Positions 13,350 through 26,920 of a stretch of DNA of 64,000 nt are shown here, piece after piece. The stretch is from the human T2T-CHM13v2.0 reference genome, Homo sapiens. A program made the translations under genes and the position numbers. Positions within the stretch are counted from its first letter, which is position 1; each line of letters begins with the position of its first letter. Under the pieces are notes generated by a model, which was given only the letters and a program-made list of their open reading frames with translations, was not told the DNA's origin and did not search any database. The DNA lies in assembly GCF_009914755.1 (NCBI RefSeq), contig NC_060927.1. One strand, written 5' to 3'.

Positions 13350-14582
13350 GTATGTCTTCATCTGGTTTTGGTGTCAGGGTAATACTGGCCTTAATAGAAT
13401 GAGTTTGGAAGTATTCCCTCATCTCTGTTTTTTCAAAATGTGAGTAGGATTGGTATTGTTTTTCTTAAATGTTTAGTAGAAATTGAGCAGTGAAGCCATT
13501 GGGTTCAGGGCTTTTCATTACCGGGAGACTTTTTATTACAGTGTCAATCTCATTACTTGTTATTGGTCTGTTCAGATTTTGGATTTCATCATTATTCAAA
13601 CTTGATAGGTTGTTTGTGTCTAGGAATTTACTCATTTCTTTTAGATTTTCCAATTTATTGGCATATATTTGTTCATAGCAGACACTAATGATCCTTTTAA
13701 CTTCCGTGGTATTATTTGTCTCTTTTAATCTCTGATTTTATTTATTTTGGTCTTCCATCTTTTTTCTCTGTTAGTCTGGCTAAAAGGTTTGTCAATTTTG
13801 TTTATCATTTCAAAAAACAAACTTTTTGTTTCATTGATCTTTTGTATTTTTTAATTTCAATTTTGCTTATTTCTTCTCTGATCTTTATTTCTTTTCTTCT
13901 ACTAATTTTGGATACAGTTTGCTCTTGCTTTTCTAATTCTTTAAGATGCATTGTTAGGTTGTTTATGTGAAGTTTTTCTTCTTTTTTGAAGTAGGCAGTT
14001 ACAGCTGTAAGTTTCCCTCTGAATACTGCTTTTGCTGTATCTCATAGGTTTTGGTATGTTGTGTTTCCATTGTCATTTTTTTCAAAACATTTTTCAGTAT
14101 CCTTCTTAATTTCTTTATTGACTCACTGGTCATTTAGGAGCATATTGTTTAATTTCTATATATTTGTATAGTTCTGAAAATCCCTCTTTTATTAATTTCT
14201 AGTTTTATTGTGGTGTATTCAGAGAAGACACTTGATATTATTTCAATTTTTTTCAATATTTTAGGACTTGTTTTGTGACCAAACATATGGTCTATGCTTG
14301 AGAATGATTCATGCACTGAGGAAGAAAATGTGTATTCTGCAGCCATTGGATGAAATGTTCTGTAAATAGTTAATTGGTCCATTTGTTCTATAGTGTAGAT
14401 TAAGTCCAATGTTTCTTTGTTTATTTTCTGTCTGGGAGGTCTGTCCAATGCTGAAAGTGGGGTGTTGAAATCTGCAGCTATTATTTTATTGGGGTTCCCC
14501 TCTCTCTAGCTCTAATAATATTTGCTTATATATCTGATTGCTCCAGTGTTGAATGTATATATATTTACAATTGTTATGTCCT

Positions 14583-14957
14583 TTATATGGTCTGGCTGTG
14601 TCCTCACCCAAATCTCACCTTAAATTGTAATCCGAATTGTAATCTCCATGTGTTGGGGGAGGGACCTCATGGGAGGTAATTAGATCATGGAGGCAGTTCC
14701 CCCATGATGTGTCCCATGTTAGTGAGTTATCACAAGATACGATGGTTTTATAAGGGGCTTCCGCCTTTTGCTTGGCACTTTTCCTTCCTGCCACCATGTG
14801 AAGAAGGCCATGTTTGCTTTCCCTTCCACCATGATTGTAAGTTTCCTAAGGCCTCACCAGCCATGCTGAACTATGAGTCAATTAAACACCCCTTTCCTTT
14901 ATAAATCACCCAGTCTTGGGTATGTCTTTATTAGCAGTGCGAGAGCAGACTAATACA
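14583..14957 (+). mobile_element. THE1 solo LTR (THE1C/D-like, 375 bp) inserted in L1MA
   Basis: Start T(T)ATATGGTCTGGCTGTGTCCTCACCCAAATCTCA; end TTTATTAGCAGTGCGAGAGCAGACTAATACA; 5-bp TSD GTCCT/ATCCT. Confidence 0.93.
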
Positions 14958-15162
14958 ATCCTCTTGCTAAATTGACCCTTTTATTATTAGATAATGACCT
15001 TATTTTTCTTTTATTAGAGTTTTTGCCTTGAAATCAATTTTGTCTAATATAAGTGTAGCAACCCTTGCTCTTTTTGGTTTCCATTGGCATGGAATATCTT
15101 TTTTCATGTCTTTATTTTCAGTCTATACGTATATTACAGGTGATGTGTGATGTGTGCTTCTC

Positions 15163-15467
15163 TTTTTTTTTTTTTTTTTTTTTTTTGGAGGCAGATTTTC
15201 ATTCTGTAGCCCAGGCTGGAGTACAGTGATGTGATCTCCACTCACTGCAAGCTCCGCCTCCTGGGTTCACGCCATTCTTCTGCCTCAGCCTCCAGAGTAG
15301 CTGGTATTACAGGCGCCTGCCACCATGCCCAGCTATTTTGTTTGTATTTTTAGTAGAAACGGGGTTTCACCATGTTAGCCAGGATGGTCTCGATCTCCTG
15401 ACCTCGTGATCCACCCACCTGGGCCTTCCAAAGTGCTGGGATTACAGATGTGAGCCACTGTGCCCAG
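15163..15467 (-). mobile_element. Alu (AluY/Sc-like) inserted in L1MA
   Basis: Dimeric Alu with T24 tail; GCAAGCTCCGCCTCC...GTTCACGCCATTCT; TSD about GATGTGTG(C/T)TTCT (15149-15161 / 15467-15479). Confidence 0.95.
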
Positions 15468-17437
15468 ATGTGTGTTTCTTGTACACAACAAATCATTGGG
15501 TTTTGTTTTGATCCATTCAGACACTATGTCTTGGAGAGTTTTATGGATAAGTAGGGACTTACTCTGGTCACTTTCTTATTTGTTTTCTGGTTGCTTTTCA
15601 GTCTTTTTTCCCTTCTTTCTTTATTTCCTGTCTTTCTTTTAGTGACGGTGATTTTCATTGGTGGTATGCTTTAATTTCTTGCATCTTATTTTTTGTGTAT
15701 TCATTGTATCTTTCTTGATTTGAGGTTATCATGAGACTTTCCAATACCATCTTATAAGCCATTATTTTAAACAGATTACAACTTAAAACTGATTGCATAA
15801 CATCACAATTATAGTACTACAGTATTCTGTGTTTTTCTGTGTACTTACTATTATCAGTGAGTTTTGCACCTTCAGATGATTGCTTTTATCTCATTAACAT
15901 CCTTCTCATTCAAATTGAAGAACTCCTTTTAGCATTTCTTGTTGGACAGATGTGGTATGGATGAAATCTTTCAGCTTTCATTTGTCTGGGAAAGTCTTTA
16001 TTTCTCCTTCATACTTAAAAGATGTTTTCAGTGGATATGCTATTCAAGGGTAATTTTATTCCAGCCCTTTACACATGTCATGCCACTCTCTTCTGGTGTG
16101 TAAAGTTCCCACTGAAAAATCTGATGCCAGACATATTGGAGCTCCATTATATGCTATTTGCTTTTTTTCTCTTGCTTCTTTTAGGTTTCTTTCTTTATCC
16201 TTGACCTTTGGGAGTTTAGTTATTACATGTCTTGAGGTAGTCTTCTTTGGGTTAATAACTGCTTGGTGCTCTATAACCTCCTTGTACTTGAATGTGGATA
16301 TCTTTCTCTACATTTGGGAAGTTCTCTGATTTTATCCATTTGAATAAAGTTTTTACCCCTCTCTCTTTCTCTACCTCCTCTGGAAGGCCAATAGCTCTTA
16401 GAATTTCCCCTTTGAGTCTATATTCTAGATCTTCTAGGTATGCTTCATTGTTGTTAATTCTTGTTTCTTTTGACTCCTCTGCTTGTGTGTTTTCAAGTAA
16501 GCTGTCTTCAAGCTCAATAGTTCTTTCTTCTGCTTGATATGTTCTGCTATTAAGGGCCCCTTAAGCATTCTGCAGCATGTCAATTGCATCTCTCAATTCT
16601 ACAATTTTTTAGTTATTTCGTTCTCTTTGTTAAATTTATCTGGTAGATAAATTTATCTGAATTCTTTCTCTGTTATCTTGAATTTCTTTGAGTTAACACA
16701 ACATAGCTGTTTTGAATTATTTGTTTCTCCAGGATTAATCCCTGGTGTTGTATATAGTTCATTTGGTTAGATTACGTTTTCTTGGAGGATGTTGATGCTT
16801 ATAGATGTTTGTCAGTATCTGAGCATTGAAGACTTAGGTATTTATTGTAGTCTTTACAGTTTGGGTTTGTTTGTGCCTGTCCTTCTTGGGAAGGCTTTCC
16901 AGGTGTTCAAAGGGACTTGGGCCCCAACCTTAATAATGCAGTGATTTTTGCAGACTCATTGGTGGTCTTGGATAAGATCCAGAAGAATTCTCTATATTAC
17001 CAGGCAGAAACTTTTGTTCTTTTCCCTTTCTTTCTCCCAAATGTAGAGTGTCTCTCTCTATTCTGACACGCCTCAAAGTGGGGGGGTGTGGTGATGCAAG
17101 CACCCCTTGGGCCACCACCAATGAGACTGCACTGGGCCAGACTTGAAGCTTGCACAGCACTGAGACTTGGCCAAGGCCCTTTCTCTCATGGTAATGAGTT
17201 CCCTCAGGCCCTGGACATATCCAGAGATGCTATCTGGGATCCACGGCTTGAAGTAAAAAAATAAAATAAATAAATAAATAGCAATTTAACCTGATGTTCT
17301 ATTCTACTGAGGCTAACTAAGATGGCACTTGAGCCACAATACAAAGTCCCTACCAATCTTCCCTCCTCTTTCCATAGGCAGAGAAGCTTTTCCCTGTAGC
17401 CACTACCACCAATGGTCCATGGGGTATTCTGTCAAAC

Positions 17438-18244
17438 TGATACAGGAGTAGGGCAGGGAAGTACTGGGTAGAGAAAGGTGTGGTCTCTTGCTAGGGCTCC
17501 ACTCCTATAGATCTAGATGAGGACAGGTACTCCTGCCTTTGCACCCAAATGTTGCATTTTCCAAGACCACCCTGGCCCACCAGAACATCGTCTTGGGCCT
17601 ACAAAAACCCAAGACCCTAGTGGGCAGACACACAGTTGGCCAGATGTTGAGAGGACCACATCAGCGGAAGAAGACACAAGCGGCTGAACAGCGAGAGGAC
17701 ATCAAGGGAGCACACTGGTAGAAAAGCACACCAACAGACGTTGGCACACCAGCAGTTCATCAACCCGCAGGATGAGGCAGAATTTGGCCAGGGCACTCAG
17801 AGGAGAGCTGGGGCCACCGAGCTGCCCAACGCCAGCAGAAAACCCTATCCCTTCTGACTCCCCATCTGCTGAGAGCTACTGCCACTCAATAAAACTTTGC
17901 ACTCATTCTCCAAGCCCACGTGTGATCTGATCCTTCTGGTACAACAAGGCAAGAACCTGAGATACAGAAAGCCCTTTGTCCTTGTGACAAGGTAGAGGGT
18001 CTAATTGAGCTGGTTAACACAAGCTGCCTATAGACAGCAAACTAAGAGAGCACCCTGTAGCACATGTCCACTGGGGCTTCAGGAGCTGTAAACATTCACC
18101 CCTAGACACTGCTGTGGAGTTGGAGCCCCACAGCCTGCCTGTCTTTATGCTCCCCTAGAGGTTTAAGCATCAGGGCACTGAAGATGCAAGTCACACCCCC
18201 ATAGCATGCCCTGCAAGGGGGACAAGGGAACTTAACCCATTTCA
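17438..18244 (+). repeat. 5' LTR (807 bp, LTR1-family-like)
   Basis: Starts TGATACAGGAG...GGGAAGTACTGGGTAGAG; AATAAA at ~17888; ends CCATTTCA; homologous to 21460-22170. Confidence 0.88.
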
Positions 18245-18246
18245 AC

Positions 18247-18264
18247 TGGGGGCTCATCAGGGAT
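18247..18264 (+). promoter_or_regulatory. Primer binding site, tRNA-Pro
   Basis: TGGGGGCTCATCAGGGAT matches canonical Pro PBS TGGGGGCTCGTCCGGGAT at 16/18, 2 nt after the LTR. Confidence 0.9.
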
Positions 18265-19435
18265 CCTGGAAGGTGAATGTGAACAAATGTGAAACTGTCG
18301 GGTCTGTCTCTCTTCTGAAACCCTGCCACCTCTTTCTCTTTCCTGCGGGTAAGAGCTTCTGTTTCCCTTCAAAAGCTCTGTCTTAACCTGCCAGTAAAAA
18401 CCCCCAGACTGTCTCTTTTCTCTCTCACACACAGTTCAAAATGGCTCTTATCTCTTCCTTCATAATGTTAAGAGTTTTGCTACAGGCTGTGGCAATGTTA
18501 CTAAGTAAAATGAGCATTAGGCTCAGCTGCCAAAGGTGCAAATCAGACCAATTGTTCCTAGAGGTGCCCCTCCCAGCCCGGGCACCTGGGTGTGTCTGAG
18601 CAGGCAAAGGCCAAGCCCAACAGCCATAAGTGGGGGCAGCAGAAAGTTGCAGTTGTATCCACGACCCCACAGGGCCAAAGGATGGGCACTTCTTGCCTGT
18701 GCACCAATGAACGTTTTCATTCCCAGGCTGAGGAATTCAGTCTGGTCTGAACTGGGGAAAAGATATAAGGATTAGAAAGGCCCAGTTGCACTAAGCAAGG
18801 GATTCTTCCTCCAGAATCTTCCCCTTTTCCCCTTAAACTGTTTTTCTCTTTTTTCCTTTTCCAAGTGAGAGGGCTCCCCCTGCCCACTCTGTTTCTGATA
18901 GGGAAGTTAACAGAGGAGTGGCCCCTGCTGGCTGATAACTGCAAATTCCACAGGGCACATTTGAAACACTCTAAACAGATACAAACAGCCTCTAAAAGGC
19001 CTTTTAAGTCCCAAACTTGATTCCAAGCTTCAGACAGAGGCCTTAAAAGGAAAAACCAAGTTTGAGGGATCCAAAGCCAGGCAACAGGCCCAATGTAAAT
19101 AACCAAAACCAATTCCTGCTGACTAAACCTCCCACCTCACAGAAAGAGGCCATGCTGCAAGGCATAAACTAGCCAAGAGAACTCAAAGTTTGCCAACAAT
19201 AGGGAGAAATGGAGATGTAGCTGAGGGCGGTTAATTACTATTCTCCAGGTTTTCCTTGCTGCATGGGTACATACCGCACCAGTACCCATGGCCAGCACCT
19301 GCCAAGGTCACCAGGGCTCAGGGATAAGGGGTGGAGAGTGAAAGGAGGATGCCTGCTTTCTCTCTACATCACACCCTGAGTTTTCATTGAAAGAAGGAAG
19401 GGAATGAGGGACACCTCTACTCCCTGTCTTTCAGA

Positions 19436-20690
19436 ATAGGCAACCAGTTATCTTTACCCGCCCCCCTCCCCACCCAGCGTATACTCTTTTGGAGCATATC
19501 CTGAATCACTGGGACTACTTTGACCCTCAGAATCTGGAGGAAAAATGCCTCATAGCCCTCTGCACAAAGGTTTGGCCAAATTATGATTTGCATGAGGGAC
19601 TGAGTTGGCCCCAGGAAGGAACCATTCATTTTGATACCATCCGGCTGTTGGAACTTTTCTGTAGATGAGAGGACAGATGGTCTGAGGCCCCATATGTGCA
19701 GTCTTTCTATACCTTGCAAGGCAATCCAGACCTTTGCCGACAATGTAGAATTGATCCAGCCCTTCTGTTTGCCATCTCAGGGAAGGCTACAAGGGGAAAG
19801 TCCAAGGAATTAAAGATATGAGTCCCAGAGACACCCTCAGCAGAGAAGATAGCTCCCTCCAGCCCTGATCCTCTGGGTCAACCCTGACCTCCCTGTCCAG
19901 CTTCAGCCTCTTACTTCCCCCTCCTAGAAATCCTCACTCCAAATAAGCCCCAGTCTCGCTCTTCCCCCTCCAACAGATGCCTAGTGAATTTGGGCCCAGT
20001 AAGGTCCAGGTCGCCTTCTCCCTAAAGGACTTAAAACAAATTAAGGGGGACCTTGGCAAGTTCTCAGATGACCCTGATAGATATATAGACTTTCCAGAAT
20101 TTCTCCCAAATATTTGAACTCTCCTTGAGAGACATTATGTTACTTTTGAATCAGACCCTGACAGACAATGAGAAACAGTCTGCTCTGCAAGCAGCACAGA
20201 GATTTGGGGTTGAGGATTGTATCACATATAGCATCAGGTATGGGGACAAATATTATCCAACCAGAAGAGAAGCAGTACCAATGCATGGCCCTAAATGGGG
20301 TCCCAATGATGAAGTGGAAGACTGGAAAAGGAGACACTTTTAGTTGTTCATAATGGAGGGCTTACACAGGACTAAGACCAAGCCAAGCCTCTCAATTATA
20401 CTAAGTTGTCCATCATGGACCAGGGATTTGATGAAAATCCCACTGCCTTCCTTGAAAGGCTGAGAGGACTTGGTAAAGCACAACTCTCTATCTCCTGATT
20501 CAGTCGAGGGACCACTAATCCTAAAGGATAAATTTATTACTCAGTCTTCTGCTGATATCAGGAGGAAGTTGCAGAAATGGGCCCTGGGACAAGAAAGTAC
20601 ATTAGAGGACTTCTTGAAAGTGGCTACCTCGGACTTTTATAATAGAGACAGGGAGGACTGGGAAAGAGAGAGGAAATACAGGTATTCCCA
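19436..20690 (+). pseudogene. gag: Degenerate retroviral gag (MA-CA) with stops and frameshifts
   Basis: Mutated start ATAGGCAAC (MGN). Motifs ILNHWDYFDPQNL...VWPNY, WPQEGTIHFDTIRLLELFC, FSLKDLKQIKGDLGKFSDDPDRYI, RDIMLLLNQTL, MHR-like QGFDENPTAFLERL and LKDKFITQSSADIRRKLQK. Confidence 0.9.
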
Positions 20691-20841
20691 GTGGGCTATT
20701 AACTGTTAAAGATATGGCAAGAACAGTTATCTCTCTTCTACAGTTTATCCGCTCCCATACAAAGTTTAATTTCTTTCACCAGGGTGAAACAGCTTGGGGT
20801 ACAATGTTGTCATTAGTATATTTCACTTCTTATCTCTGTAA

Positions 20842-21197
<356 letters not shown>

Positions 21198-21448
21198 TAT
21201 AATACACGTTTAACTCATGCAATCTTAACCTTATAAAACTTTTTTTCTCTCACGGCCTAGAAGCCACCAAACTCCAAATGGCCAGGCCACCAGAGCTTCA
21301 GAGATGGTACCCCTTTGCTAAGAACATTTAGACGGACCTCTGAGAGGAGTCTGACTGCTGTTTTCCCCAGAACAACGACCCTTCTCAGCAGGAAGCAGCT
21401 AAGACCAGTCATCGTTCATATTCTAATGGCAGTTAGATATACCTCTTC

Positions 21449-21459
21449 AGAGTGGGGAA
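21449..21459 (+). promoter_or_regulatory. Polypurine tract
   Basis: AGAGTGGGGAA immediately before the TG of the 3' LTR. Confidence 0.8.
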
Positions 21460-22170
21460 TGATAGGGGAGGGCTCAGGGAATTGCTGGGTAGAGAAAGGG
21501 ATAGTCCCTTGCGAGGGCTTCACCTCCATGGACCTATAAAACCCCAAGATCCTAGTGGGCAAACACAGAGGCGCCCAGACATGGAGAGGAGCACATCAGT
21601 GGAAGAAGACACAAGTGGCTAGAGGCGAGGACGTAGAGGGAGCACGCTGGTGAAAGAGCACACTTACCGCTGATGCACAGCGGCAGCCCAACAACCAGCG
21701 GTACAAGGCGGAGTTTGGCCAGGGTAGTCAGAGAAGAGCCAGAGCCACCAAGGGGCCCAACTCCAGGGGAAAACCATCTCCCTTCAGGCTCCCCCATTGT
21801 CGGAGAGCGACTTCCACTTCACTTCATAAAACTTTGCACTCATTCTCGAAGCCCATGTGTGATCCAATTCTTCCAGTACACCAAGCCAAGAACCTGGGAT
21901 ACATAAAGCCCTCTGTCCTTGTGACAAGGTAGAGGGTCTAATTGACTTGGTTAACACAAGCTACCTATAAACAGCAAACTAAGAGAGCACCCTGTGACAC
22001 ACCCCCACTGGGGCTTCAGGGGCTGTCAACATTCACCCCTAGACACTGCAGTGGGGTCACTGCCCCACAGCCTGCCCGTCTGTGTATGCTCAGCAACAGG
22101 GCACTGAAAAAGCGAGGCACACCCCCATCACATGCCCTGCGAGGCAGACAAGGGAACCTTTCCTGTTCCA
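21460..22170 (+). repeat. 3' LTR (711 bp), with ~80-bp U3 deletion relative to the 5' LTR
   Basis: TGATAGGGGAG...CCTGTTCCA; shares AAAGCCCTYTGTCCTTGTGACAAGGTAGAGGGTCTAATTGA with the 5' LTR. Confidence 0.88.
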
Positions 22171-22914
22171 AAACCACCTCTGATGTTTGCTTAAAGCCCA
22201 AGGCTCTTCCATCTGCTTTTGGTGAATCCTGCCAGGCCTTGTACAAACCCTTCAGTCCAGTGGGCTCCCCTCTGGCCCAGGGCAGCTTCCATAAATGCTG
22301 TTCAAGGGCCTTGACCTGGACTTGGGGATCCCAAGAGCCTACCTGTTGCTCTACCCACTGTGGCTGAGATTGTTCCTGATTTTTGGTTCTTGCAACAGTG
22401 TTTTTCTGTGTGCAGATAGATGTTAAAATTTGGTGCTCCAGCCATGGGGACGAATGGTATCAGCTTCTATTCTGCCATCTTGCCCCAACTGTGCTCTTTA
22501 CTTCTATCACATGCTGCCCATCTAACTATAGCTCAATAACATATAGATTCAATAGATTATTTAAAAATAGATGAAAAAGAGAGTCAGCTGAAATAGATGA
22601 CAGAAAGACAGACACAGAAAGAGGTGCTTGTTCAAAAATATGTGTGTGTGAAACTAGTCTAGTATAAAGCCATAATAACTTTAAACAAAGATTTTATCAA
22701 CAGAAGGGGAAATTGGTAAATAAGGAAGGAGTAGAGGGTGAGGACATAGTCAGAGGAAAGATTTATAATTAGTTCTCAGAATTTCACAGTGGGGCAGATT
22801 TCATGGCTTTTAGACTCTACCTGCCATATGGCTCTTTAATGGAGCATAACACTGGGTTGTCACAAGATATTAATAAATATTTGAATTATGTAATTCCTTC
22901 TCTTAGCTCCACTT

Positions 22915-23045
22915 CCATTAATTCATTTATTCATTAATTTAATATTCAATGCCTATTAAGCCAGGTGCTGCTGTATGTGCTTGAAACATAGTGAAGACCT
23001 AAGCAGACAAATTGATTCTCCAAAATATTCTATTGTTCATGGAAT
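22915..23045 (-). mobile_element. L2 3'-end fragment
   Basis: (ATTC)-like tail plus TATTAAGCCAGGTGCTG...CATAGTGAAGAC...AGACA. Confidence 0.55.
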
Positions 23046-23422
23046 GATTGGAAAAACTCTGTCCGTCTGCACTTGAACTCATGGCAGACATCAAATAAAA
23101 AACTTAAACATATTCATCCAGATAAAAAAGACACACTTCTGATCACATTTCTGAATCTGAGTTAAGTAGTGAGTAAGAAGCTGAGGGGTAGTACTAGAAA
23201 TCATGGAAGTGTACTGAAAGCTCAAAAGAGACTGAGCTCTTACTCATACTCCCTTTGTAAATAAGGGATTATACCATAAAAGATTCTCATATTTCTCTGA
23301 TGACTATTGACAAAGGGCCGATTCCCACAGAGTGGTATGAGACCAGCAAAGAGGAAATAAATGAAAGCCATCCTACAACAAACTCATTTATAATGCCCAG
23401 ATATTTCTGGGGAAGGTTTTAG

Positions 23423-23424
<2 letters not shown>

Positions 23425-23463
<39 letters not shown>

Positions 23464-23467
23464 CACA
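23425..23467. repeat. (CA)n microsatellite with one interruption
   Basis: Read directly. Confidence 0.95.
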
Positions 23468-24749
23468 AACACGACTCATCCCATATTAAAGAGATAGTAT
23501 ACATCTTCTGTTAAAAGACTATTCAACTGCATATTATTCTCCAAAAGATTTGCTATATATTCTGAAGAAAATATTTTAAACCTGCAAAGAGTTTATAACA
23601 GAGCAAGAGTATAATCTTTATATGGATAAAGTTTGAACTGTTTCCTTGATTGATGCAGACACAAATCGAAAAGAAGTAAGAACAGTGGATCGGCATAAAA
23701 CTCTTTGGGTTTTCACTTTAATGACAGAAAAAAAAACTAGGTGTGGTCACAATCCTGCACTGAGACTACTAACTAGGGAAAAAGAAATGAGTAGTTATGA
23801 TGCCCATTTCACATCTGGCACAAGAGTAAAAACAACTTATACCCAGTGTAATTGACACTAAGCAGGCAGAAACTATACAGTGAAGCTTCTGATCTTGGAG
23901 TAGTGTGATATGAGTTTAGCCAAAATCAAAACACCAATGTTGATGGCAGCAGCATGACAGATAGTGTCCAGACCACAACTATAATCATCTCTAGTATAAA
24001 TCTCTAAGGCTAGTGCTGTGGAATCATCCGGTAAGTATTTATTAAAATATTCTGGTAAGGGACACTTCAGTGACATTTTTATAGCACTCATGTAGCTAAA
24101 AAATAAAGCCGGTAATGTTTACCTAGTGCAATTTATAAATACAATTTTTATTATCTCAGAAGTTGAGAAGCCTGGCATCTAGTAAGCACAATTTGAGAAA
24201 GACCATTTTTCTAAGGAATACTTTTAATCATTGAAAATGCATACAATTTCATAAATTTGGACTGCTTATCTAAATCATCTGAACATTTTGCAAGGGAGTA
24301 TCAGTTTCCTTGAGCATAAAATATTCTTCACAATGCTTCTTCACCTTCTCTTACTATAGTAACTAGAGAAGTTTTATTTTATAAGAACACTCACTTTATC
24401 TGTACCATCTCCATAAAATTATCTTGAATTGATTCCTGTCTGAGTTTATAATATGTTTTGCATTCCATGTATTTTACAGAGATTTAACAATCATAACCCC
24501 CATTCATATTTTGCACTCAATAGAACTTGCATAAACAGAATTAAAAGTTTTGCAATCTTGTTAGGTCTCAGAATCTAGATGACAGATGTTGATTTTAAAG
24601 TGAGCTTGGCTAATCTCAAAAGTAGAAATGCCTTAAACAAGATAAGTGGGTTTAGCTGCTATCACTGTTGAAATATGACCAAATATCTAACAATGATTTT
24701 AAAAACAATTTTAAAATCTGGAATAAATGATTCATTCTTATTTACGCAC

Positions 24750-25088
24750 AACATATTTATCATTCATCTATGCATTCAAGTTTTCATGCATACATTCAAT
24801 TAAAACATTTATTGAGTAAAGTACTAGGTATTTCACTATGCTCTGGGTTTAAAAAAAAAGAAAGAGGTGAATGATAGACAGCAATTGTTCTTCTGAACTT
24901 GATGTGGAAGACAAATAAACACAACACTTGGTTTAAAATCCTGTGGTGTATCATTTCATACTAACCTGGAATCACTGGAGCAAGAACAACTTGTGTTCAA
25001 ATCCTGACCTAGCCATTTCTTAATTATGTAGTTAAGTTACTTGAACATCTAAACTCTAGCTCTCTCTTCCAATAAATGAGCATCCTCT
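24750..25088. mobile_element. L2 3' fragment followed by MIR fragment
   Basis: AAACATTTATTGAGTAAAGTACTAGG (L2 tail); TTCAAATCCTGACCTAGCCATTTCTTAATTATGT...AAGTTACTTGAAC (MIR). Confidence 0.55.
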
Positions 25089-25089
25089 G

Positions 25090-25350
25090 GGCCAGGCTTG
25101 GTGGCTGACGCCTGTAATCCCAATACTTCAGGAGGCTGAGGTGGGCGGATCATCTGAAGTCAGGAGTTCGAGACCAGGCTGACCAACATGGTGAAACTCC
25201 GCCTCTACTAAAAATACAAAATTAGCAGGACGTGGTGGCGCATGTCTGTAATCCCAGCTACTCAGGGGGCTGAGGCAGGAGAATTGCTTGGACCATTGCA
25301 CTCCAGCCTGGGCAACAGAGTAAAAACTCTGTCTCAAAAAAAAAAAAATA
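25090..25350 (+). mobile_element. AluS with ~35-bp deletion in the right arm
   Basis: GGCCAGGCTTGGTGGCTGACGCC...; GAATTGCTTGG joins ACCATTGCACTCC directly; A-tail; AGCATCCT on both flanks (25079, 25355). Confidence 0.93.
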
Positions 25351-26920
25351 TATTAGCATCCTTTGCTTTTAAATAGCTATGATATCATTTAACATACAGG
25401 GTTTGAGGATTAGATGAAATATATATAGATTACAAAGACACTAGTCTAATACTTTTATGTTTTTAATAATTCATACAAAATAAGAATCCAGAAATACAGT
25501 GGCCAATTCCAATATAATGATTACTCTGATCCTCCATACTGCCATTAATTTGGAATAAAATATACAGATTTACTGCTACTTTATTGTTTTAAATTTCCAT
25601 ACTACAAAAAGGTAAAAGATTGGTAAGCATTTAAACTAAAATTAAAGTAGGAGCTAACCAAAAAAGTAATATATTTTATATGTGAACCATTAGACAATAT
25701 GAAATAGGAAGCCCTTTTCTTATCTGAGATAGCACAAAGTATTTTTGACTAATGTTGCTCATTACTGCATATGGCTTTGGAATCTTTTCACATCACATCC
25801 CTTTTAATTTATTCTAATCTTATAATAATGCTCAAACATAGCAAGTCCCATAATTGAAAGAAAAATTAAATATGAACCCACAAAATATTTTTCCATCCTT
25901 TTATTATAAGAATAATATTAAAAATAGTCCCACTTGTATGACAGGTATTTCATTTCTTTTTTAAAAAATTGTCAACGTAAGAGGATTATATTTGAGTTTA
26001 TTTCTATTTCTTCACACGTTCATTTTACACATGCTAGTTTATCATCTAAGATTTAAAATATGTTAAATCCGATGTCATGAAACTTATTCTGAAAGTTGAA
26101 AATATCTCTTATTTCAAACTATTTTTCAATGAAATTTCAATGTCTACTTTTTAAAATCATGTAAGATATATAAAATAGAAGACTCCTATAAGGGAAGTGA
26201 GATGGGAACAAGGAGATCAAGTACAGCACAGTCACCTTTCTGAGAAGAAATATAGCAGAATGTAAAGGTACATGGATACTTGTCTAGAAAGCCCTTCTGT
26301 CTCAGGAGATGGTATCTGAGAGCACATTAGAGGAGCATCACCACTGTTAAAGGAAACACACATAGTGCAAAGAGGGCTAAGATTTCCTACACATCACAAA
26401 ACATTGAATTTGGTCTTAATGCGTTCATTCTGATTTAGTTGTAAGTCACCAAAACCAAGTAATTAGTGGGAGATGACAATGGAAACTCACCAATCCAAGG
26501 AAATAATGCACAAACCCAACTTCAACACCTTTCTTTTTTAGATACTCTGTTCAAAGTTTCTAATTTCCAGGGAAGAATCTGCAGGAGGTTGTAGCAGGAG
26601 TTATCTACTGGGTCATTTTGTTATAAATCAGGGGCTGGGTCACATTAACACATGTATCTGCAGGAGGAACTATGAACGTTTATCAAGGGAAGAAAAAGCA
26701 AACCCCAATAAGTTATCCTAAATGGCAGTGAAAATTGTGGTGGCCAATTAACTGACCAATTTTTCCATATTCAGACCAAAAGCAAGAATTTAAAAAGATA
26801 GTGTTTACAGAAAAAGAATATCCTTCCTATTGACCTCAGATCTGATGAATTCCAAGAAGGTATGCCTATGAGGTTCTACCTAAGTGCTGAAGTAAAGTTA
26901 TAGTCAAATATTTGGTACAT

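Noticed and set aside
20125-20709. Gag ORFs as a co-opted capsid gene
   Set aside because: The start codon is mutated and there are multiple stops and frameshifts; only 70-80-aa pieces stay open.
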